Assembly: GCF_016433145.1 (NCBI RefSeq)
Contig: NC_058133.1
Location: forward strand, 256,799,365 to 256,851,826
Length of the DNA: 52,462 nt
Direction of reading: 5' to 3'
DNA from: Gracilinanus agilis
Taxonomy: Eukaryota
Shown here: piece by piece, positions 1 through 18,649 of the stretch
Layout: the number at the start of each line of letters is the position of its first letter
Numbering within the stretch: position 1 is the stretch's first letter
Notes under the pieces: generated by a model
The model's input: only the letters and a program-made list of their open reading frames with translations
Told to the model about the DNA's origin: nothing
The model's database searches: none
Program-made: the position numbers and the translations under genes

Positions 1-329
1 GCATTTGTTGGTTTCTGAGGTGTAAATGCTGACTATGAAAATTTAATAATTATCTCTCTGGTAAGAGCTGGCTCCAGCACACTGTGGGCAGCAGCTACCC
101 TCTGGGGACCCAAACTATGAATGCTAAGGAGGGCTACCAAACTTGCATCTTAAGTACAATTTCCATTCATCACTCCTGAGAATTTGCAGATACCTGTCTA
201 ATAACTTGACATGGTGATAGGGAAGGTAGAAGAGATTGTATCACATGCTAATTGAGACTGAGAAGAATCCTGGAAGGTTTTATTTTTCCCTAACAAATAG
301 CTAATCTCAGTTTATTTTCCCACATTATC

Positions 330-575
330 ACCATAATGATGATAATATTTATATAATGTCTTGTATATGCTAAGTACTGTGCTAAGCATTTTACAAATAT
401 TATCTCATTTGGTTCTTACAACAATCCTGGGAGATAGGTACTATTATTATCCCCATCTTACAATTGAGGTGATTTGCCCAGAGTCACACAGACAGTAAAT
501 GTCTGAGGCCAGATTTGAATTCAGTTCTTTCTGATTCCAGGCCCAGCACTCTAGGCACTGTACCACTTGGCTACT
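330..575 (-). mobile_element. MIR/CORE-family SINE fragment
   Basis: Typical MIR core in reverse (ctgtgctaagcattttaca...ttatccccat...gatttgcccagagtcacacag...gatttgaa). Boundaries approximate. Confidence 0.6.
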
Positions 576-717
576 TAAACATTTTGATACTGGAAGTTTC
601 TGGTTAATAAAGAATTCTTTTAGTGGCTTCTTCTTGAATCTAGAAACTCTTCTCAAATTGCCCCAAGATGGTCAGCTTTATTTGACTTCCAGGTTAAGTA
701 GAAATCCTAGGATAATT

Positions 718-1140
718 GTTGTTCAGTCATTTCAGTTGTGTTGGACTCTTTGTGACCACATTTAAAGTTTTCTTTTTTTTAAACCCTTAACTTCTGTGAA
801 TTGGCTCCTAGGTGGAAGAGTGGTAAGGGTGGGCAATGGGGGTCAAGTGACTTGCTCAGGGTCACACAGCTGGGAAGTATCTGAGGCCGGATTTCAACCT
901 AGGACCTCCCATCTCTAGGCCTAACTCTCAATCCACTGGGCTACCTAGCTGCCCCTAAAGTTTTCTTGACACAGACACTGGTGTGGCTTGTTATTTCCTT
1001 CTCCAGCTCATTTTACAGATGAGGAAACTGAGACAAACAGGGTGAAGTGACTTCTCCAAGGTCACACAACTAGGAAGTATTTGTGGCTACATTTGAACTC
1101 AGATCTTCCAGACCCAGCACTCTACTGCACCACCTAACTG
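718..1140 (-). mobile_element. MAR1-like CORE-SINE, interrupted by a younger SINE at 775-955
   Basis: gttgttcagtcatttcagttgtgttggactctttgtgacc tail followed by ...ctccagctcattttacagatgaggaaactgag... core. Confidence 0.7.
775..955 (-). mobile_element. SINE1_Mdo-like young tRNA-derived SINE
   Basis: Reverse complement of GGGGCAGCTAGGTAGC...AAGTTAAGGGTTT(A)n. 12-bp TSD taaagttttctt at 763-774 and 956-967. Confidence 0.85.
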
Positions 1141-1352
1141 CCCTTCCTAGGGAAGCACCAATTTGTTATATTGCCTTAAGTATCCCTTGTTAGCAGTAGT
1201 AGAGGACTGAGCTCAGTGTGGACATAATAAAACACAGAATGACACCTTGAACTTTGGAAGGACAGAAGCCTTAGAGTCCAAACCATAGCTGAAAGGAATA
1301 CTTACTCTCACATTCCTGACAGTTCCATTCAGCCTCCACAGCTCAAGACAAC

Positions 1353-1540
1353 TTTTTTTTTTTTTAAACTCTTAACTTCTGTGTATTGGCTCCTTGGTGG
1401 AAGAGTGGTAAGGGTGGGCAATGGGGGTCAAGTGACTTGCCCAGGGTCACACAGCTGGGAAGTGTCTGAGGCCGGATTTGAACCTAGGACCTCCTGTCTC
1501 CAGGCCTGACTCTCAATCCACTGAGCTACCCAGCTGCCCC
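1353..1540 (-). mobile_element. SINE1_Mdo-like SINE
   Basis: Near-identical to the copies at 775, 14185 and 37611; poly-T at the left end. Confidence 0.85.
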
Positions 1541-1974
1541 CCCCCCCCCATTTTACTTTTTGATGTTGCCTGTTTGCAATTTCTACCCTTTGCTCCTGGT
1601 TCTACTTCATTAAGCCAAAGAACAACTGAATTTCTTTTCCATCTGTCAATCTTTTACATACTTCCAGACAGTATCATGGTACTTAGCTGAGTCTTTTCTT
1701 CTCCAGGTTAAACATCCTCAGTTCCTTCAAGTATCCTTCCAATGCTTGGTAATTAAAAGATAATTGAACCCTGAAGAATTGTGACACATCTCAATACCAG
1801 AGAACTGGTAAGAAACACACTTCCCTCTTCTTAGCAGAAAGGTAGAAGAAAGGATCCCCATCAGCTGGCTTTGCTTTAATGTTTTTTTCTTTGTTAAAAA
1901 GAAGAGATCTCGTGGTGAGGGAAAGGGGAGTGGAAGGGAAATAACAGTTTGAAATAAAAGAAAACAAAAATCAC

Positions 1975-2590
1975 ACAGGGAACTGATCCAACCATTCTGG
2001 AGGGCAATTTGGAATTATGTCCAAAGGGCTATAAACTGTGCCTGCCTTTTGATCCAGTAATACTACTACTAGGTCTGTATACCAAAGAGATTTTAAAAAG
2101 GGGGGGGGGGGGAGGACCTACTTGTACAAAAATATTTATAGCAGCTCTTTTTGGCAAAGAATTGGAAACTGAAGAGATGTACTTCAACTGGGGAATGGCT
2201 GGTACATGTTGGTGATGGAATTCTATTATGCTATAAGAAATGATGAGCAGGATAATTTCAGAGAAAGCAGAAAAGATCTGAATGAAGTTATGTGGAGTAA
2301 AATAAGCAGTACTGGGAGAACATTATACACAACAACAGCATTATTGTATGATGATCAACTGTGAAAACTTAGCTATTCTCAGCAATGCAATGGTCTGGGA
2401 CAATCCTGAAAGACATGATGGGGAATGCTATCCACCTCCAAAGAAAGAATTGTTAAGAGTTGGATGAAGGCAGACTGAAACATACTACTTTTACATCAGG
2501 GTATTTATGACTTTATTTTGGGGTTTTGATTATGTATGAGTTTGCTCTTACAGCAATGACCAATATGGAAGCTTAAAAAAAAAAAAAACA
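1975..2590 (+). mobile_element. LINE-1 3' fragment (ORF2 C-terminus plus 3' UTR and A-tail)
   Basis: ORF 2009-2215 reads PFDPVILLLGLYTKE...CTKIFIAALF, like the L1 ORF2 C-terminus; A-run at about 2575-2589. Confidence 0.75.
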
Positions 2591-3049
2591 CACAGGTATT
2601 AGAATCCTGGACTCTAGAGTTAGTTCTTTCCGCCATACAAACTGGATCATTTCCAAGTACCCAGCACAGTTTTCCAAACACAAGAATACACTTCATAGAT
2701 CGGGCTTGGACTGGTTGTTTACCAAAATCTGCATAGTTGTTGATGTTCCCTCAAAATGGCCTCTGTGACACTGGACTCTTGCCCCAGGAATCAGACAGGG
2801 CAACCAACTGAACAGATAGGTTCTCCATGATCTCTCCATACAATTAGTAACCCTGGCACACAGAGAATACCCTCATCTTCCAAGGATGTTGGTTTGGATG
2901 TCTGGAATCCTCTTGCTATAAGTATGCATAGTGGTAGAAGCATCTCCTTCAAAGGATCAGTCCTGTGAGTAACATGAGAGTCCTAAAATTTGGGAGCAAA
3001 TGTCAATGAGGTAGATGGGGAAGAGCTCTGGATTTGGAACTTCAATTTC

Positions 3050-3255
3050 TTTTTTCTATTTTAATTTTTAGTATTTTTCCAGTTACATTTTTCATGTTCT
3101 TTCCCTCTCTCCCAAACCCCGATTCCCCACTTAGCCGATGCACAATTCCACTGGGTTTTATGTGTATCATTGATTAACACCTAATTCCATATTATTGATA
3201 GTTGGACTAGAGTTATCGTTTAGTGTCTTCATCCCTACATGTGTTCAAGCAGTTG
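3050..3255 (-). mobile_element. LINE-1 3' UTR fragment (probable)
   Basis: T-rich tail then ccctctctcccaaacccc...ccactgggttttatgtgtatcattgat, resembling marsupial L1 3' ends. Confidence 0.5.
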
Positions 3256-3654
3256 TGGAACCTCAATTTCATTCGCCTCTCTAGACCTCGGTCAAGACTT
3301 CCAGACTCCAAAGCCTGCGCTGTATCCACTTCAACACTTAGCTATCCATTAATGAGAAAAAGGAAAGGAAATAGGAAGACTGGATTTGGAAGTTTAGAAG
3401 GAATAATAAAGGAAAAGATGAGAAAATGGAGGATGCAGAGAAATCAAGAGAAAAAAGGGGAGAGGAGAGGAAGACCAGTCCAGGAAATGGGAAAGCAAAT
3501 GGCAATCAATAGTTGGATAAAAGAGAATAAAAGAAAAAATGAAAGGAGGAAAAGGGAAGAGAGGAGATAAGGAGGATAGAACCTCACAATAGACCAGGCC
3601 TTTGGGGGCAAGAGTTAGGGGAAGGATACTGACTCTTGTGTTTCGATTTCTCAG

Positions 3655-5115
3655 GAACTCCCATTCTACAGTATGACTTCACTGCAGTGTCTCACTCCGT
3701 CCAGGTCAACCTGTTTACATGGTCCCAGGTTACATAAATGGTTGGGTCTTCATGAGCTATGACAGAAAAGTCAAGAGGGCACAGAGGTGGAGAGTACAGT
3801 ATTGCTGCTTAAGACCAAGGAACACTTATTCCTGAAAAGACGGGAGCAGGACATTGACTGGAGTCTGAAGAGCATTTTGGACTACAACAAGCTCAGTGGT
3901 GAGCTAGGGATCCATGCTTCAGATCACTCTGCCATGCCCCCTAGGGATCCAGGAGCACTGCTCCCTCAGCCCTTTAGTTTCATACTCACAGTCAGCACTT
4001 CTCTTACTTATAGGGCCTAATCCATCTTCCTACCTTTCAATACCAACCCAGAGATTAGATCCCCTCCTCTTCCTGAACCCACTAATTTGAATTTCCCTCA
4101 TCATGGGACCCAGGAATTCTTGTGCTCCAAGAACCCACTTTCTTACACACTTCCCCTCTCTTCCCGTGCTGCCCTCCCACCACTGACTTTAGGGTATAGG
4201 TTGCAGGGAATGACATGCTTGGCTCCTGTACACTTCAGCTGTCCCATGGCTGTGAGCTGGGAGGAGACAGTGGCTTCTGGCACCATGGCTATGATGGTGA
4301 GGACTTCACTGCTTACAAACCAACAACCTGGGCCTGGGGACCATCCCTCCCAGAACCAGAAAGGAGAAGACAGCTGGTGGTAGGCAGCCTACTTTCAGCA
4401 GTGCAAGCCTGGCTGCAGAGAGATTGCAGGAAGACACTTCAGAGACTGCTACAGGTCGAGTTTGGAGGCCAGGAATCTAGGGGTAAGGATGCACCATAAT
4501 CCAGGAACTTTCCTGCCCAAGGCTTCCTGGGCCTGGGATGAGATTCGTGTCTAAATCCTTTTTCAGGAAGAACCCGAAGATGAGTTAAAACTCCCAACTA
4601 GAGAAAAGGAAGGGAGACTTAAGGAATTCTTTAAAAGGGTATTAAGGGGTTCTGTGTATTTACGTGTACTTTTTTACATGTACTATTTTCATCATTGTCA
4701 AGAGATTCTTGAAGACTTAATTGGTAGGAAGGCCATAAGCCAAAATATACTGGGGGAGGTGAGTGGGAGAGTGGAAGAAACTAAAGACAAAGTCATTACC
4801 CCAACTCTTAACCTTCCCTTTCCTTTCACTACTGCAGTGTCTCCATCCCTTTGTATGAGCCTCTGGGAGGTCTCTGGAAAGGAACTCATCCTCAAGTGCC
4901 TGGCATTTGGCCCCACCCCACCTAATATCACTCTGATCTGACTTCAAGATGCAGAACCTTTGAGCGCCAGGGACCCCAGGAGGCTGAGGCCATCCAGCCT
5001 AGAGGAGATGGGATCTATCATTTGGGCAAATGTGGAAGTCCCACCAGGAGATGAGTTTTGATACACCGGCCTTGTGTAACACCAAGGGCTAAACGGGATT
5101 CTCATCATGAACAGA
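3655..5115 (+). pseudogene. MHC class I-like (MIC/MILL-related) pseudogene: alpha1 exon 3655-3898, alpha2 exon about 4207/4222-4482, alpha3 exon 4838-5115
   Basis: Alpha1 reads GTPILQYDFTAVS / GQPVYMVPGYINGWVFMSYDRKVKRAQ / EQDIDWSLKSILDYNKLS across two frameshifts (TAA at 3735; exon 244 nt). Alpha2 is open: GSCTLQLSHGCELGGDSGFWHHGYDGEDF...WLQRDCRKTLQRLL. Alpha3 reads VSPSL...LKCLAFGPTPPNITLI*LQD...GDGIYH...VEVPPGDEF*YTGLV*HQGL, with stops at 4939, 5059 and 5077 and the second Ig Cys lost. Position and strand match MICB next to MCCD1. Confidence 0.85.
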
Positions 5116-5214
5116 GTGAGGAGTTTGCCATAATTGCTATGGGGGACAATCCAGCCTGGCTATGTTTCCAGTTTTCAAAAACTGACCAATTTCCCCCAGA
5201 CTCCCAGGGCCTGA

Positions 5215-5435
5215 AATCCCTGGGCCTAGAATTAGGAAGATCTGTTTTCAAATGTGATCTCAGACATTTCCTAGATGTGTGACCCTGGGTAAGTCATTTA
5301 ATTTTTGTCTTTGTTTCCTCAACTATAAAATAATGATAACAACAGCACCCATTTCCCAGAGTTGTTGTGAGATCAAATGAGATAATATTTGTAAAATTCT
5401 TAGCACATGGTAGACACTTAATAAATATTGCTTCC
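5215..5435 (+). mobile_element. MIR-family SINE
   Basis: ttcaaatgtgatctcagac...tgtgaccctgggtaagtcatttaa...tttcctcaactataaaat...gttgttgtgagatcaaatgagataata. Confidence 0.65.
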
Positions 5436-6079
5436 CTATACCCCGCCCCTATCACCTACTCTTCTAATGTTTTGGAGTCTTTCCTACTATGTTCATCAAC
5501 ATGAGCTTTAACTTCTCTTTTCACCTTTCAGGGAACAATCAGACACTTCCCCAGTGTTGAGCCTGGCTTAAGTAAGATTCCAGGGTGAGGGTAAAGGACA
5601 CATTGCTGTGGGCTGGAGATTCAGGAGTTAGGGGGGGCGGAAGAGAATCATAACAAAGTAGATGAGCTTCCATCATTGTTTCTCTCTCATAGACCAAGGA
5701 TTCCTAGGAACTCCTCTACCCTCAGAAACGGGAGACAACAAGAAAATCAACTTCTCAAGTGAGAAATATAAAACATTTCCCCCCTATTTCTCAAGTTGGC
5801 TTTTTTCCCCTCTTTTCATCAGCAACCTCGGTTAGGAGTCTGAGATGTAGACAATACTAACTTATTCACCAAAAACAATAACCTTGAACTGGGGGATCCT
5901 CTGAACAGTGAAAGATCTCTTTCTTCTAGAGGAGATAAAAAGAATTCTTACTTCATAGCACAGAGAGAACAGAGGGAAATTGTTAGCTAAGATTTAGGTC
6001 AGGATGAAAATATAAACAGTTTCAACAGAAATTTAGACACATTTATAGATGACAGAAAGCTAATGGATTTATATTTCAT

Positions 6080-6278
6080 TTTATTTTTTTACTCTTACCT
6101 TCTATTTTGGAACTGATACTTAGTATCTATTCTAAGACAGACAAGTGGCAAGGGTAAGGCAATTGGGGTTAAGTGACTTGCTCAGAGTCAAACAGCTAGG
6201 AAGTGTATGGACAAATCTGAACCCAGGACCTCTCCTCTCTAGCCCTGGTTCTCTATATAATGAGCCACTGAGCTGTCT
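6080..6278 (-). mobile_element. Older SINE1_Mdo-like SINE
   Basis: Diverged match to the same SINE consensus. Confidence 0.65.
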
Positions 6279-8210
6279 TCCTGTCCTGTCCTGTCCTCCC
6301 CTACCCCACCAATGGATTTACTAAAGGGTAGAGCTGGAAATAGGAAAGGCTGACCGACTCTTTCAGACTAGCTGTGGACCTGGATTCCAGAGTATCCGTT
6401 TTTCAGGTTTAGGACCTTACTATTCACCTGAGACAGAATGCCCCTAAATGAAGGAAGATGAAGGGGGGAGGGCAGGTAGTGACAGAATATACATGAGTAA
6501 AAGGAGGGGCTAGATCCCTCAGTATGGTTGGGGAAAAGCTGGAGGGGAAAGGGCTCGAGTACAGATCAGAATCAGATGCTTGGGGACCAGAAAGTGGAAG
6601 GTGGGGGTAATTGAATTAAGGTTTGTGTCTTCTCCCCATTCCAATAAGTATTTATCAGGCCAGCACCTTTATGCCCAGCAATACAAAGGATACAAAGAAG
6701 CATCAGGCATAATCCCTGTCCCTAAGGAAGACAGTTCAGCTCAGGAGGCAAAGCTTAAACATATACAAAACAATTAGATAATAGTTAATTTTACAGTAAT
6801 ATAAAACAGTAAATCTTACTTGTGTAAGATAGGCTCTTAGATGTAGTATAACAGGGACTTTTGCTGAGCCTTCAAGAGGCAAAAAGGAAAGGTACATATG
6901 GGTGGGGATGGGGAGAGACTAGCACTAATAAAAGACAGTGTACGAAGCTAGAAATTGAGATCATATCTACAGTATTATTCTTAGTTCTGAGGGTAGGGGG
7001 GGCCCCTCCATTTTAAGAAAGGCATCAACAAACTGGAGTACCTACAAAGATCACTTGAAGGGCCAGGTAGTGTTGAGAATAACTAGTATTTATGTGGTGC
7101 TATTTTTATCACCATTTAACAGGTGAAGAAACTGAGGCAGAGGTTGAATGACTTGCCCAGGGTCATATAGCCTTTAAGTATCAGAGACTGGATCTGAATT
7201 CAAATGGTTCCCCCAATCCATCCACTGGGCTACCTAACTGCTTCTGAAGGTTGGGGGGGAGGGGAGGGGGTGGAATCATGATAGCTGCATTTCCAGAATT
7301 TGAAGTGTGTGTTCTGCTCGGGTCCCAAAGAATAGAACTAAAAGCAGCGGGTGGACATTGTAAGGATATATATACATATAGGCTTAAATATAAAGGAAAT
7401 AATTAGAAAGTGGGATGGGTTACCTCAGGAAGTTCTTACCCCCTACCCCTGTCACTAAGCCACTAGGTCTTCAGTTAACTGAAGGGTTGACTGCTTGTCA
7501 AGGATATTAATTGATGTGTTGGGGGTGACCAGATGACCCCTGAAGCCCCTCCTAGTTCTGGGATTCTGATTCTCTGTGAGCAAAAGGTAAAAGTGGAGAG
7601 TGGAGAGAAATAGCTGAAGGAAAAGCCTCATCAGTTTAAGTTCTTAAGGAGCAATTTATAGTAGAATAACAATTTTATCATTCTAACTTGGGAGGGGATA
7701 AGGGCAGTTTTACCTTGCCAGAACTTGAAAATTAAAGCCTAAGCACAATAAACTTCCTAATCAAGGTGGGACAATCCAAGAGGAGACCATAAGAAATAAG
7801 CCTGGGGGTTACACTAGAAGGGGCTGAGGTCCTTGCTTTGGGGAAGGAAAAACAGGAATGAAGGCATGGTAGGGATAGAGAACAGAAAGAGAATGAGTTA
7901 AAAAAAAAAAAAGTGAACCATAACTAGGTGGATGAAAGAAGTGAACCACAAGAGTTTGAGATCCTGGCACCTGCAATCCAGAGAATAGTGCTGCCAGGTT
8001 GATTAAAAGGTTACATGTAGCTCATGAGCAGGAGTCCATGGACTCTGGGACTGGCCAGACTAGGGAGGGAGTAGGAGGCAGTGGAGCGGGCAGGGGCGGG
8101 GGACTGGGCAGGGCTGGGGCATCCAAGCGAGGCTGGGGCCCTGGAGGAAGCCAGTTCCTGGCAGCTGGAAGGCAGTTCGGACATAACTCCCTCCCCAGCC
8201 CCAGCCTGCC

Positions 8211-9272
8211 ATGGGCCTTCCTTTGCCCTGGCTCTCTCGCTGCTGCCGTCTCCTGCCTTCCCGGATCATGGTCCCTCATATTTCTCATGGGGCCTACTCC
8301 CAAAGTCCTGGGACACCTACAGAGGAGCTAGTCACAGAAGAAACAACCAGGAAGACCCTGCCTCCAAACAGGGTAAGAGCGGGGTAGGGATGGGGTGGGG
8401 TGGGGAGGTGGGGTGTTACTTTAGATGGGGAGAAGAGGGAAGCCTTAATCCAATACTCCCGGCCCCCTCCCAGTTTCTGGTCCTAGGACTCTGCTTTTAC
8501 TGTTCTTCACAAGTCCTTTCCCTCCAGTTTTTCTTCAATAATACTGAGAGATCAAACCCCTCCCTATATTCATGCATATTCCACTGCTACCCTCCTTCCC
8601 CCAACCTCCTCTCCCTTTCATATAGCAGAGTCCACAAAGTCCTTGAACAGGAATTTCCCCCTGGTTTAAGAGTTAATTATTCGTCAGAGGGGAAGTGCAG
8701 TTTTTTCTTTCTTCTTCCAGCAAGGCCCTTCATCCAGACAGAAGACCAATACCTACCCCAATACTTACCCCTTCCACTGTCCTACTATATAGCAGGAGGC
8801 CAGGCTGGGATTCCTGAGAGCACAGACCTGGAGAAGGGAGGTCCTGGGTTCATATCTGAACACAGGCCTTCCTAAGCTGTGTGACCCTGGCCAAGTAACT
8901 TAATCCCAATCACCTAGCCCTTACCGATTAGCTTAGTCTTAGAACCAGATGCTTAGTATCTAAAATCCTAAGAAAGATAATTATGAGGGGTTGGGGGGGA
9001 GGGAGAGGAAGAAGCTGTTTTTCTCCCCAGTAAACTGAGCATCATAGCCCAGAAAGTTTGTCTGAACCCTCTGCATCCTCCCCCAGGGTCCAGGCCACAG
9101 AAGAGCTGAGTTGGCCCAGGCAGAAGAGATGCTTGAGCAGCAGTTAGAGCTGTACCAAGCCCTGCTGGAGGGGCAAGAAGGGGCATGGGAAGCTCAGGCC
9201 CTTGTGCTCAAGATCCAGAAGCTCAAGGAGCAAATGAGGCGGCACCGAGAAAGCCTGGGAGGTGATGCTTAA
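8211..9272 (+). CDS. MCCD1: Mitochondrial coiled-coil domain protein 1, 115 aa; coding exons 8211-8372 and 9087-9272
   Basis: MGLPLPWLSRCCRLLPSR...NR|GPGHRRAELAQAEEMLEQQLELYQALLEGQEGAWEAQALVLKIQKLKEQMRRHRESLGGDA*. AGG|GTAAG donor and ccccag acceptor, phase 0. C-terminus nearly identical to recalled human MCCD1; syntenic position. Confidence 0.95.
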
Positions 9273-9582
9273 AGGGACCCTTCCTTCAATGGCTAAACCC
9301 AGGCCAACATTTCTAAGAACCCCTTTGGCACCCACCCGCCCGCCCACCCACCCACCACCTACCCCCAGGTCCTATCCTGCTCCCTTCTTTCCTGGAGCAG
9401 AGAGACCACCAGATTAGAAATAGGAATGCTCTCCTGAGGAGGGTTAAGAATAGAAAGAAGTACTAAGGAGAAGCTAGTCTCTAGTAAGATGAACTTCACA
9501 ATAATCTTTTTCCAGTCCCCAGTGACCTCCATTCCACCCCCAAAGCTGAAGAGGAAAAGATACCACCCACTGCCACCCCTCA

Positions 9583-9588
9583 AATAAA
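9583..9588 (+). terminator. MCCD1 poly(A) signal AATAAA
   Basis: First AATAAA downstream of the MCCD1 stop codon. Confidence 0.65.
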
Positions 9589-9820
9589 GGAACAAAACCC
9601 TCACAAATGCTCGAGACACTTTTTTGTTTCATTTTTAGTTTTTGTTAAAAAAAAAATCCGACAGGGCAAATCAATGAGGGATTTTGGGGGATGACGTGAA
9701 CAGGGCCGTTGGGGCGGGAGGCTGGGGGTAGGTGGCAGTAGTGTCTCCTTCACCCCCACGCCCGGGTGTTCGGCTCCTGGGGAGGGAGAGGGTATCATAC
9801 TCCAGGGACGGCCAAGGCCT

Positions 9821-17734
<7,914 letters not shown>

Positions 17735-18264
17735 CTAGATTGGTTCTTTTCAGTGCAGGGAAGCTGGGGTGGTAGAGATTCAGGGAGCAGCAGGGGAAGA
17801 TGAAGAAATTGGCTTCAGAGTTGAGAGCTGGGGAAAACAGGGATGGGAGAAAGAAGATGATGATAACTTAAAAAGAAAAAAATTATTCCCACCAAATTCA
17901 AATTTTCTCCATATTCTTCCCTCTCTACAAATTTTGGGTTATTTCTTCTGAAGAGAGGAAAAACAAGCTGAGAAACAATACGAAGCTGAAGTTTGGAGGT
18001 AGGAACAAGTGGGTTGATCACCCTCCAGATCAAGTGTTTATGGACCGAAGTTTGAAGTAAGTAATTTAGGAACCAGAGTAAACCAATAGGTACAGATGAC
18101 ACATTGACAAGAAGCCTGGGAGAACTGCAGAATGGAGGGCGAGTGAATAATTCAGAACTGCATAAGATTAAAGAAAATTTTCAAATGGGGGATAGGGTAG
18201 AGGTAGCAACAACAGATATATCAATATTTAATGACTTATTGAACTTCCCACCCCTAAACCTGCA

Positions 18265-18347
18265 GCAACCACAGCGAAAGGCGATAGATTATTTTGATCG
18301 TAGGACGAACTGCGAGTTCTAGTCTTAAGATGGGCACACCACGTTGC
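18265..18347 (-). pseudogene. Degenerate U83/U84-family snoRNA copy in DDX39B intron 1
   Basis: Perfect 5-bp terminal stem gcaac/gttgc; box C decayed to GTGGTG (18337-18342) and box D to CTGT (18271-18274); guide atctatcgcctttcg is 11/15 identical to the intron-3 copy; C-to-D spacing 66 vs 60 and 63 in the intact copies. Confidence 0.6.
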
Positions 18348-18649
18348 CGGTTGTTACTCAATCTCCGGCCTGTCCTAGTCCGTCTTGGACAAGAACTGGC
18401 CAAAGGTGGAGAATTTCTAAGTCAAGGGAGTAAAACATTGTTCTCCGTCAATGGCAAAAAGAGACAGAATTTCTTCATCAATTGAGTATCACATTTCCCC
18501 CTCTAAATTTGAAATAGATTGCCCTATCTACTATCTTTTACTAGACTGAATCAAATGGGGGGAGGGGAAGAGAACCCGTTGGTAGTTTATACAGAGAATG
18601 GGCCCAGAAATCTGCCCCTCCCAACTGCTCCTTAAGGGGACCCTGGAGT

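Noticed and set aside
1-3654. Leader exon of the MIC/MILL-like gene
   Set aside because: No convincing signal-peptide exon; MIC genes have a long first intron, so it may lie upstream of the window or be lost.
8081-8875. 264-aa ORF over MCCD1
   Set aside because: Not the MCCD1 frame; it runs through a pyrimidine-rich intron and a SINE with no recognisable domain.
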